IMG/VR virus record: IMGVR_UViG_3300000439_000004
Coordinates: 98,181-162,180 of that record
Strand: one strand, 5' to 3'
Source of the DNA: a virus
Lineage: Duplodnaviria > Caudoviricetes
DNA: 64,000 nt
Position numbers and translations under genes: made by a program. Of the stretch, positions 29,537 to 39,600 are shown one piece after another. The notes beneath the pieces were generated by a model that saw only the letters and a list, made by a program, of their open reading frames with translations, ran no database searches and was not told the DNA's origin. Each line of letters begins with the position of its first letter. Position 1 is the first letter of the stretch.

Positions 29537-31513
29537 ATGGCAGATGATTTAAAATCAACGATTGAAAAAATTATTAAAAGTTCAAAAAATGCAGAAGATG
29601 CAACACAAAAAGTAATTTTACAAAAAAAGGCATATAATGCTGCAAATCCGAATAATACTGTAAAAACAGAATTAACGTATGAAGAAAATCAATTAATTGC
29701 TGAAAAACATTTAAAGACAAATGGTAATGTACAGAAAAGTCTTACAGATAGCATATCAAGTGCTTTTATTGACACAAAATCAAATGAATCAGGAAGGGTA
29801 AAGTTTAGTGATTTTACAAAAGGAATTTCAGATATTTCATCTGTTTTTAAAAATGCTCAAGGTATTACTGGATTAATAACAGGATTAGTAACAACAATTG
29901 CTTCAAAAGGTGGATCTCTTTTAATTGATTTGGCGAGAAATCAAACTGATTTGATAGGACAAATAAAAGGTTCAACAGGGTATATTGGTGAGTTTGGTGA
30001 TGATATGGTTGAAATGGTAAGTTCAACATTAGCGGCAAGTCAAGCTATTGGAGTGTCTAGTAGAGAAGTTATTAATGGTTTTGGTAAAATGGTTGAAAAT
30101 TCAGGAAAAGTAACATTATATTCAAAACAAACAATTGAAGAGGGTGTTAAAGCTTCGGCAGCTTTCATGAGAAGTAATACTGATTTATTGGAAAATGCTG
30201 AAAAATATAGAGATGTTGGTATATCATTATATGATGCGTCTAAGTCAATAACAGATATTGGTATGAAATCTGTAAATTTAGGTTTAAATGCAAAAAAAGT
30301 CACACAAACTATAACAGAAAATGTAACACTATTAAATGCAGTTGGTTTTAAAAATGGTATTGAAGGACTTTCTAAAATGGTACAACAAGCTCAAGCACTA
30401 AATTTTGATTTTAATAAAACGATTGATCTCGCAGATAAATTATTTGACCCAAGCGCTGCAATTGATATGACAGCAAGATTACAAGCAATTGGTGGTGCAA
30501 TGGGTAATTTAAATGACCCATTAAGAATGATGTACGATGCAACAAACAATGTTGAAGATTTACAAACATCAATTTTAGGTGCTGCAAAAAGTTTGGCCAC
30601 GTATAATACAGAACAAGGTAGATTTGAGGTAACCGGTATAAATTTAAGAAGAGCAAAAGAAATGTCTCAAGCATTGGGTATTTCAATGAATGATTTAACA
30701 AGTGCAGCAATAAAGGGTTCTGTTAGAATGGAGGCGATGTCCAAAATAAATATGTTTCCTAACCTTAAAGAAGATCAAAAAGAATTTGTTGCAAATCTTT
30801 CAACAATGAAAGATGGTAAAGTTGGTTTTGATATACCCGAAGGTATTGCAAAAAGAATATTTGGTGACAATGCAGAAGGTGGATTTAGATCTATGGAGGA
30901 AATGGGTGGTAATATGGATAAATTTATTGATATACAACAAAAAATCGCCAAAGAAAAACCGGAAGATATTGCTAGAGACCAATATAATGAAACAACAAAA
31001 ACAAATAATATATTAACCGCAATATGGTTAGAAGGTCAAAATAGAGCAAGGTATAGTGAAATAGGTAGGGGTGGAGTAAAACTACAAAGAACAGGAACAC
31101 AATTCATTACTAAAATTGCAGATAAAGATAAATATAAGGCCGAAGATGTTGGAAAAGATGTTGTTGTAGAAGGAGCAAAAGGATTGTATCATAAAATTTT
31201 AGAAACAATTGGTATTGAAAATAATAACACAACAATTCAAAAACAAACCGCTGGAAAAATTACCTCTGGTATTGAAAATAATAACACAACAATTCAAAAA
31301 CAAACCGCTGGAAAAATTACCTCAATGGAAAATTTAGGTAAAGAACAAACAAATACAAATAATAATAAAAATACAAATAATACCACACCACAAAATGAAC
31401 AAACAAAAGTTCATATAGAAATTAGAAATTTAGATCCAAATACGAAATTGACTGAAAGAAATAGTGCTAGATCATATACAAATCAGCCAGTAACTATTGT
31501 TGGTGCTAAGTAA
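29537..31513 (+). CDS. Tape measure-like protein
   Basis: A/G/S/K-rich helical ORF after the tube and chaperone genes. Confidence 0.65.
   Translation: MADDLKSTIEKIIKSSKNAEDATQKVILQKKAYNAANPNNTVKTELTYEENQLIAEKHLKTNGNVQKSLTDSISSAFIDTKSNESGRVKFSDFTKGISDISSVFKNAQGITGLITGLVTTIASKGGSLLIDLARNQTDLIGQIKGSTGYIGEFGDDMVEMVSSTLAASQAIGVSSREVINGFGKMVENSGKVTLYSKQTIEEGVKASAAFMRSNTDLLENAEKYRDVGISLYDASKSITDIGMKSVNLGLNAKKVTQTITENVTLLNAVGFKNGIEGLSKMVQQAQALNFDFNKTIDLADKLFDPSAAIDMTARLQAIGGAMGNLNDPLRMMYDATNNVEDLQTSILGAAKSLATYNTEQGRFEVTGINLRRAKEMSQALGISMNDLTSAAIKGSVRMEAMSKINMFPNLKEDQKEFVANLSTMKDGKVGFDIPEGIAKRIFGDNAEGGFRSMEEMGGNMDKFIDIQQKIAKEKPEDIARDQYNETTKTNNILTAIWLEGQNRARYSEIGRGGVKLQRTGTQFITKIADKDKYKAEDVGKDVVVEGAKGLYHKILETIGIENNNTTIQKQTAGKITSGIENNNTTIQKQTAGKITSMENLGKEQTNTNNNKNTNNTTPQNEQTKVHIEIRNLDPNTKLTERNSARSYTNQPVTIVGAK
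31210..31323. repeat. Perfect 57-bp in-frame tandem duplication
   Basis: GIENNNTTIQKQTAGKITS twice. Confidence 0.9.
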
Positions 31514-31551
31514 AATTTTTAAAAAATCTCTATTTATAATAAAACACAATA

Positions 31552-34500
31552 ATGCCAAGTTATTTAGATTTTAATTCAACAAAGTCTTTTAGAGATTATT
31601 TAATAAGTAAAACATTAAATCAACCTAACGGACCACAAACATTTACTAGTACAAATTATCCTGAACAAGGTACAAATGACTATTCTGATATATATCAAGG
31701 TACGGTAGAGGATGTTAGAACATTTGAATTAACACAATCTCAAAATGTTAATGTATATAAACCTACGACATACTTTATTGATGATACATTAAATACTTTA
31801 CCAAGGAAGGCAAACTTATCATTATACCCTTATTTCGTATCTAGTGATCATAATCTAATTGGTATTATGACAAGTGGTGATGATACGACTGAATCAGAAT
31901 TATATCGTTTTGCAGCACATTATATTAAAACAGATTCAAATGGACCTGTATTAGCTAGGGTCACACAAAATTTACAATCAGCCACAATTGGTAGATTTAG
32001 ATTGGCTGATGCTTTAAATGGTGATACTGCAACAGCATTAAATTTATTAACAGGTAGAGAACCTTTAATTGAACCTAATTATAAAGTTACTGTATCAAGT
32101 TCATTACTTGGTCAAGCTGTTGATTTTATTCAAACAGTTGCAGGTACACAATTACCATTTTCAACAATACCTGGTGATTATTTAACAGATCCAAGAAATC
32201 CAATTAATTTTAGACCAACACCAAGTACACAATTAGGTTCAATAGTACAAGATGTTACAGGGGCTATTGGTTCTTTAATTGGTATTCAAAGAAGACCAAA
32301 AACAACAAGAAAACCATCTGATTTATTAATTGAAAATACAAGTAATGGTCAATTAAATAGATTATATGATTTATTATCGTTTTCAAAATACGCACCAAAT
32401 TACACAACGACAGCAAGATCGCAAAATTCATCTAAATTATTTAATTTTATTGATAAATTCGCTCAGGGTGTAAAAAACATTTTAGGAACAGAAGCACCGG
32501 CAGGTGTGGCATATATTGGTGACGATAGATCAGATAATGTTATAAATGCAATGACAGACCAATTTCAAAGACCTGTTCATAGTACATATTATTTAGGTTT
32601 AAAATTTGATCCAATTCAAACAGACTATTTTGAAAAACCAAAAAATATAACAGAAGGTGGTGGTATTTCTGGTAAATTAACATGGTATGGTATTAACTCT
32701 ATAAAGAATAATAAATTAGGTGTAAACAATGTAAATTATACGAATTCACAAGAAAGTAAATTTACACCTACATTATCAACTAATACTACATTTAGAGAAG
32801 GTTCTATATTAGGTGTAACTCAAGATTTACTTAACACAATGCCACCAGGTGGTCAAGCACGTACCCATGTTGGTAATGTAATTGATCAAACAAGCAGAGT
32901 CTTCAAAGAAGGACAACAAATGTTATCAAGAGGTTCGGCTATTAAATACACAAATAAATTCACTGGAATTGAAACTGGTGTAGAATATTGTAGAGTTTGG
33001 ACTAAGGATAGACCATATTATACGATGAGTGATACCATGAAACGTACTGCAAATGTTAGAAAAATGGATAGTAGTGTTTTAGGTGGAAAAAGTCGTGTTT
33101 GGAATTTAAATTACGCACCAATGTCAAATGGTAACAAAGATTTTACAAATTCAACAAATATAACTAAAGCAGGTGCAAATAATAAATTCTATGCACCAAA
33201 TGAATTTTATGCCAAAAAATATATGTTTTCAATTGAAAATTTAGCATGGAAAACATCAAACACACCAGGTTTTACTGTTAGTGATTTACCATCATGTGAA
33301 AAAGGTAATAATGGTGGTAGAGTTATGTGGTTTCCACCATATGATTTAAAAGTACAAGAGTCCAATAATGCAAGATGGGAATCAAATACATTTATTGGAA
33401 GACCTGAACCAATTTATACATATCAAAATACAGAAAGAACAGGTACAATTAGTTTTAAAGTAGTTGTGGATCACCCAAGTATTTTAAATTTATTAGTTAG
33501 AGAGTATTTTAAAGGAATGTCAGATGAAGAAGCAGATAACTATATCAATGCTTTTTTTGCAGGATGTCAAGATTTAGATTTTTATGGTTTAATTCAAAGA
33601 TTTACAACATTAAATGGTGATGATTTAAAATTAGTCATGAATTATCTTAATGATAAAAATGCAAAACCCGAAGAAATTACTAAATATAAAACAGTTATTG
33701 ATGATACTGTTACACAAGATCCATCACAAGATCAAAAAAATACACAACCACCGGTTGATTTTAATTTTGTTTTAAATTTTGATAATGATGAACCTGATCA
33801 TGGTAGTCCTAGTATAATTTCGACACAAGATTATACTACAACATATAGTTTATATTCAGGTAAATCAAATACATATATTAATGGATTAACTAATGCCTTA
33901 AATACAACATTAATTACAAAGGATATAAATTTATTAACTGGTGGGAATACACCATTAACCACAGAAAATAAAAATACAATAATAAGTGGTTTAACAAAAT
34001 CTTTTAATGATTTACAAACAAATTATGGAAATTATACAACAAAATTAAATCAATTAAAATCTGATATATCAGGAAAAACAGGACAAAATATTAAAGTTAA
34101 AATTTTATCCTCTTGTTCTTCAGTTGCAACTGAAGCATATAATGCTGATTTATCATTAAGAAGAAGTCATAGTATAACCCAAGATATATTTAATAACATT
34201 AGTGTAGATGGTGGAACAACTAAACCAAATATTCAATGGGTAGATATTTCAAATGTAAATACAAATGGAGGACAAACGAATTTTACTGAAACATATAATT
34301 TAAAAGACTTTGGATGGAGTGATAATGATAACACAATAGAATTTGATTATACAAGTTATGGTGAAGGATATAAAGGACCTGAAGCAAATACAAATTGTAT
34401 TAATAAAGATTTTCTTAATCAAGATTTAAAAGTAGTATCACCAATTGCGTTTTTTTGTAGACAAGTAAGTATTGGTATTAAATATGATAAATTACCTGGT

Positions 34501-36285
34501 CCTCCACCGCCTCCACCAGTGGTATCACCAAAATATAAAGTTGTTGAAGATGGAAAACCAATATCAATACCCTCAAAAACAAAAAAGCCAACAATTGATG
34601 TTATGAAGAGGATTATAATGAAAACATTGACAGAATGTTATTATTTCAAACAATTGGAAGATACATCACCTGTTGCATTTTCATCATTAAGGGAAAAATT
34701 AAAATATTTCCATCCAGGTTTCCATTCAACAACTCCAGAAGGTTTAAATAGTAGATTAACATTTTTACATCAATGTATTAGACCCGGTGAGACATTACCA
34801 ATAAAAGGTCTATCAGATGTTAGTGATTTGCCGGCAAGAAATACAACATTTGGTCCTCCACCAATTTGTATTATTAGGATTGGGGATTTTTATCATTCTA
34901 AAATCATTATTGAAAATGTTAATATAACATATGAAGAAAATGGTGGGATTATATGGGATTTAAATCCAGAAGGTATTGGTGTCCAACCAATGATTGCAAG
35001 TGTTACATTACAGGTTAAATTTATTGGTGGACAAGGGTTAGAAAAACCAGTCGAAAGATTGCAAAACGCGTTAACATCTAATTTTTATGCAAATACTGAA
35101 ATGTATGATGAGAGATCCCAAGTTACAAATGAAACAATAGGTGGAATAGATAAAGATACATTTACAAAAGAATTTTTGGAAGGTTTAAAAAGAAGACCAT
35201 CAAATAATGCAAATCCTGTTACTAAAAGTACAAATAAAATTAGTACTGGTGAATATATTGGTTCAACAGATGGTACTAATTTAACTGAAACAAAAATAGT
35301 AAATGATTTATTTACAAATGTAACAAGTTATTTTTCAAATTATGAAATTTTATATAATATTTTATTAACCACGTATGGTCCTGAAATAATGCCTGTTTTA
35401 TTATCACCAAATTATAGAACAATAAAAAATTATGATGTATATACACCATCTGTTAATACTATAAATTTATTTGGACTTTATCCTACTGGAAGTGAATCTG
35501 ATGTGTTAATCAATAATTTGGTAGATTCGTTAAATAATGCGATAAATAATTCTAATGATTTATCTGCAATATTTGATTTTTCAAGTAATGCATTAAAAAA
35601 TAAATCTGATTTAATATTGGCATCAAATAATTTATTAAGACCATATTTATTAGGTATTATTAATACAAAAATACACACTAATTTAATTGATGATAAGAGT
35701 ACAAGTGAGTTTGAAACACTTAGAAATAATGTAATTACAACATTGGATAAATTAAATTATTTAATAACATATAGTGCTGATGCAAAAGTAAATGTAAATG
35801 GTAATGATGGTACGAAAGCAGTGTTTAGTGGTTTTTCAAATATAGATTTATATACTGAGATTGGTAAAGTTATTGATTATATAACCAATAATACAAATAA
35901 AATGTATAGTGGATTAGGTACATTGATAAATTATAGTAACATAGTTATTAATGATAGTGTTTTAATAACTATATTACCTGTTTTATTAAAAAATGAAAAA
36001 ACAAACATTTTAAATCTTTATAAATCAGCACCAAATACCTTTAGTCAAAAAGTAATTGATGATATTGAAGCTAATTTTAATGATTTCATTAAACTACAAC
36101 CAAAATCAACATCATTAAAATTTGATAAACCGGTGATTAGAACAAATAGTAAAGAATTAAAATATACATATACCGAATCACCAATAACAGATAGTGATGG
36201 TAATATGTTAAATGAAATTAAATTAATTAAATCAGATCAAACTGATGTAATTAATAATAAATTAAATTTTTATAGAAAAAAATAA
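31552..36285 (+). CDS. Large baseplate/tail protein with an embedded OmpA-like domain
   Basis: FIGRPEPIYTY, PPICIIRIGD tube-initiator-like motifs; YNADLSLRRS. Confidence 0.55.
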   Translation: MPSYLDFNSTKSFRDYLISKTLNQPNGPQTFTSTNYPEQGTNDYSDIYQGTVEDVRTFELTQSQNVNVYKPTTYFIDDTLNTLPRKANLSLYPYFVSSDHNLIGIMTSGDDTTESELYRFAAHYIKTDSNGPVLARVTQNLQSATIGRFRLADALNGDTATALNLLTGREPLIEPNYKVTVSSSLLGQAVDFIQTVAGTQLPFSTIPGDYLTDPRNPINFRPTPSTQLGSIVQDVTGAIGSLIGIQRRPKTTRKPSDLLIENTSNGQLNRLYDLLSFSKYAPNYTTTARSQNSSKLFNFIDKFAQGVKNILGTEAPAGVAYIGDDRSDNVINAMTDQFQRPVHSTYYLGLKFDPIQTDYFEKPKNITEGGGISGKLTWYGINSIKNNKLGVNNVNYTNSQESKFTPTLSTNTTFREGSILGVTQDLLNTMPPGGQARTHVGNVIDQTSRVFKEGQQMLSRGSAIKYTNKFTGIETGVEYCRVWTKDRPYYTMSDTMKRTANVRKMDSSVLGGKSRVWNLNYAPMSNGNKDFTNSTNITKAGANNKFYAPNEFYAKKYMFSIENLAWKTSNTPGFTVSDLPSCEKGNNGGRVMWFPPYDLKVQESNNARWESNTFIGRPEPIYTYQNTERTGTISFKVVVDHPSILNLLVREYFKGMSDEEADNYINAFFAGCQDLDFYGLIQRFTTLNGDDLKLVMNYLNDKNAKPEEITKYKTVIDDTVTQDPSQDQKNTQPPVDFNFVLNFDNDEPDHGSPSIISTQDYTTTYSLYSGKSNTYINGLTNALNTTLITKDINLLTGGNTPLTTENKNTIISGLTKSFNDLQTNYGNYTTKLNQLKSDISGKTGQNIKVKILSSCSSVATEAYNADLSLRRSHSITQDIFNNISVDGGTTKPNIQWVDISNVNTNGGQTNFTETYNLKDFGWSDNDNTIEFDYTSYGEGYKGPEANTNCINKDFLNQDLKVVSPIAFFCRQVSIGIKYDKLPGPPPPPPVVSPKYKVVEDGKPISIPSKTKKPTIDVMKRIIMKTLTECYYFKQLEDTSPVAFSSLREKLKYFHPGFHSTTPEGLNSRLTFLHQCIRPGETLPIKGLSDVSDLPARNTTFGPPPICIIRIGDFYHSKIIIENVNITYEENGGIIWDLNPEGIGVQPMIASVTLQVKFIGGQGLEKPVERLQNALTSNFYANTEMYDERSQVTNETIGGIDKDTFTKEFLEGLKRRPSNNANPVTKSTNKISTGEYIGSTDGTNLTETKIVNDLFTNVTSYFSNYEILYNILLTTYGPEIMPVLLSPNYRTIKNYDVYTPSVNTINLFGLYPTGSESDVLINNLVDSLNNAINNSNDLSAIFDFSSNALKNKSDLILASNNLLRPYLLGIINTKIHTNLIDDKSTSEFETLRNNVITTLDKLNYLITYSADAKVNVNGNDGTKAVFSGFSNIDLYTEIGKVIDYITNNTNKMYSGLGTLINYSNIVINDSVLITILPVLLKNEKTNILNLYKSAPNTFSQKVIDDIEANFNDFIKLQPKSTSLKFDKPVIRTNSKELKYTYTESPITDSDGNMLNEIKLIKSDQTDVINNKLNFYRKK

Positions 36286-36290
36286 AAAAA

Positions 36291-36614
36291 ATGAGAAATT
36301 ATTTCGATAGATATCAATATTTTTTAAATGACGGTAATTTTAGGATTGTCCCTGGATTAGATATTCCGATTAAATCAACTGATAGGTATATGTTATATAA
36401 AAAAGGTAAAGATAGGTTGGATAAAATATCACAACAAAATTATGGTACACCGGTATTTGGTTGGTTGATATTAACTGCGAACCCATCTGCTGGTGGTTTA
36501 GAGTTTGAAATAGAAGATAATTTTTTATTAAGGATACCATTTCCTTTGATTACGACTTTACAAGATTACAAAAGATCGGTAGATTTATATACTTTATATT
36601 ATGGCGAACAATAA
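36291..36614 (+). CDS. LysM-like baseplate wedge protein (gp53/gpX-like)
   Basis: DRLDKISQQNYG..WLILTANP..LRIP. Confidence 0.7.
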   Translation: MRNYFDRYQYFLNDGNFRIVPGLDIPIKSTDRYMLYKKGKDRLDKISQQNYGTPVFGWLILTANPSAGGLEFEIEDNFLLRIPFPLITTLQDYKRSVDLYTLYYGEQ

Positions 36615-39600
36615 TTTATCAGATAATGAAAATATTTTAATTAAGGTTGATCAAAACAATTTAATGTATATTGATCCAAATAGTGTTATTGATAACGATG
36701 GAAACACACAACCTAGAAATATTAAACAAGAAAATTTAATGATGTATATTAATCTTGAGGCTGATTTGGTCCCAAGAACAATTCTTGCGTCTGAAAATAG
36801 TCCAAATACATTAACATCAATTGCTTCAGGAACATTTAATATGTTAAAAAATGCAAATGGTGATTATTATGATACCACATGGACTGATTCATTTATAAAT
36901 AAACCAGCAGAAAATACACAAGTAAAACAAAATAATAACGATTCAAATACGGGTCCTAGTTATTATAATACCGATTCTTCAAGTCAAACTTTTGGTATAC
37001 AAAGTGTTAATATTCAAGTTAAAGGTATGAATTATATACCTCAAGTTGATATGACATTTATTGATGTTAGAGGTAAGACTTTATTTGAATCACCTGAAAA
37101 TTCTCCATATAACGCATTTTTTCATTTACCTTGGCCAATATTTTATTTAACTGTTAAAGGTTTTTATGGTAAAGCAATAAGATATCGTTTACATTTAGTT
37201 AAGTTTAATACAAGATATAATGATAATACCGGTAATTTTGATATAACTACAAAATTCATTGGTTCAACATATGCATTTTTAACAGATATACCATTAAAAG
37301 GTGTTTTAAATGCACCATATATGTTTCCTATTGAAAATAATACACAACCAACATTTAATCCTAAAACGGGAAGATATGAACAAATGGTTTCTAAATCATC
37401 TAGAGGTTATACATTATTAAAAACAGTTTATTCTGAATATAAACAAAAGGGTATTTTACCAAAAGACTTTCCTGTTAAAACATTAAGAGAGGTTCTTGTT
37501 GTTGCAAGAAGTTTAGATAAAATATTAGAAAGGGAAATATTAGATCAGGTAGTTAATATAAAAGTTGTTGGTGCTTTAAAGGAATATGACGATATATTAA
37601 CAAATTTTGAAAACGATATTAAAAGTTGGGCATCAACAAATTTATCTGCAGAATATGTTATTAATAACGATACAAAAGAGTATGGTTATTATTTATCAGG
37701 ACAAGATAAAACAACTTTAAAAAATATTACCGGTTTAACTAAAAATGATTCATTAGAATTTAAAATAAATGATTATAATAAAAAATTAAAAGAATCACAA
37801 AGTTTAATTAATAGTATTACCAAAGAAAAAGGTAATCCTAATTTTATTAAAATATCATCAAAAACGACTAGTTATGTTGATAAATATTTTTATCTATTAT
37901 CAGGTTCAACACAAGTGATTGTTGAAATAAACAAACTAGTAAATGAAATTTTAGATATAAGAAAAGATTTTAACGAACAAAATAATAAATTTGAAGATTT
38001 TATTGAAAATAAGATAAATGAAATTGTTAAAGACCCTAAAAAAGGTATCGGTTTTAGCCCAACTATTAGAAACATTTTTGGTGTACTATTGGCTAATGCT
38101 GAAGTTTTTATTCGAATGATGCAAGAAACTCATAGAAAGGCATTTGAAGTTTCTGATAAAAGAAAAGATTTAATAAAAGGATTTACTGATGAAACAATTG
38201 GTAATGCAATTTATCCTTGGCCAGAAATTAAAAAAACATTTGGTGAGAATAAACAAAAAGTTATTGCCTATCCGGGAGAACCTGATTTACAAACTAAATT
38301 AAATTCAAATAACCCAATATTATGGCCTGAGATTGATTTTCTTGAAAATTATAAATCAATTGCAACACAAAAAATAGACCCTTTAACAGAAAAAGAAGGT
38401 GGTGTAAATAAATCAACTTTTGTATTTGAAAGTAATAGTGAAGAAAAAACAATTAATAGTATTGGTACACTATCATATCTTATAAATACTATTCCATATG
38501 GTGATGATACTCCATCCACAACCTTTTATGAAATTTGGGAAAGAGCATTATATTATAATAGTTTTGATACTTTTGATAATGATACAATTTTAGAATTAGC
38601 AAATTTAGAAAGTGATAACATAAGAAATTCATTTATTGAAGATGAAAATATATTAACATTTTTAAGAGAAAAAGTAACAACCCCAAAAGAATTACAAGAT
38701 CTTTTAAAATCTTCATCACCATTCCAAAGATATCCGTATTTTTTAGACTCATTACCAACAACACCATATTTAACTGATGCTTTAAATGTACCATTTTCAA
38801 TTGAATCTAATGTCAATATGTCTGGTACATCAAGTAATGATTTGGATTATGTAAAAACAAATAATTGTTTATTAAAATATACACCAGAAGAATATAGAAA
38901 ATATATTTATCCATTTAATTCTGATTTATATTTATCATATCAAAAACAAAATAATAATGTTTATTCCTCATTAAAAGATTATGAAGATAAAACATTAAAA
39001 TTTAATGGTAATTTAAGTATTAATACAAAAGAATCTTTTATTGTATCACCAATAAATCCAAAATCTTGGGTTAAAATAAATAATGGTTATACACAAAATT
39101 TATTTTCTCAACAATTAAATATAGGAACAGATAATGTTAATATATTAAACACACCATATTTTCATAAACAACTTCTTAGTGATTATGGAAAAAATGGTAG
39201 TTTTGGTAAATACGTAGGATCAGCATATCTTTTATTAAATTCTTTACCATTTTATGATTTAGAAGATAAAATAGATTTAAGTAATGGGGGAAATACAAGT
39301 ATTGTAATGTCTGATTTATTTAGAGAGATAGGTTCAACACATTATATACCATATCATTTGATTGTTAAATGGGGATCTATTTATCATAGATATAAAACAT
39401 ATCTTCTTGATGGGTTTGATATACTTAATGGATTTTTAAATACCGATAATACAACAACCATAATTGATGGACAAACATTTTTCAACAATAATTTAACTGG
39501 TTCATCATATACTGCCTATACATTAAATAATAATGGTACTAATTATGATGTTACATATGATCTTATAACTAATGATGTAGGTGTACATCCATATTATGAT

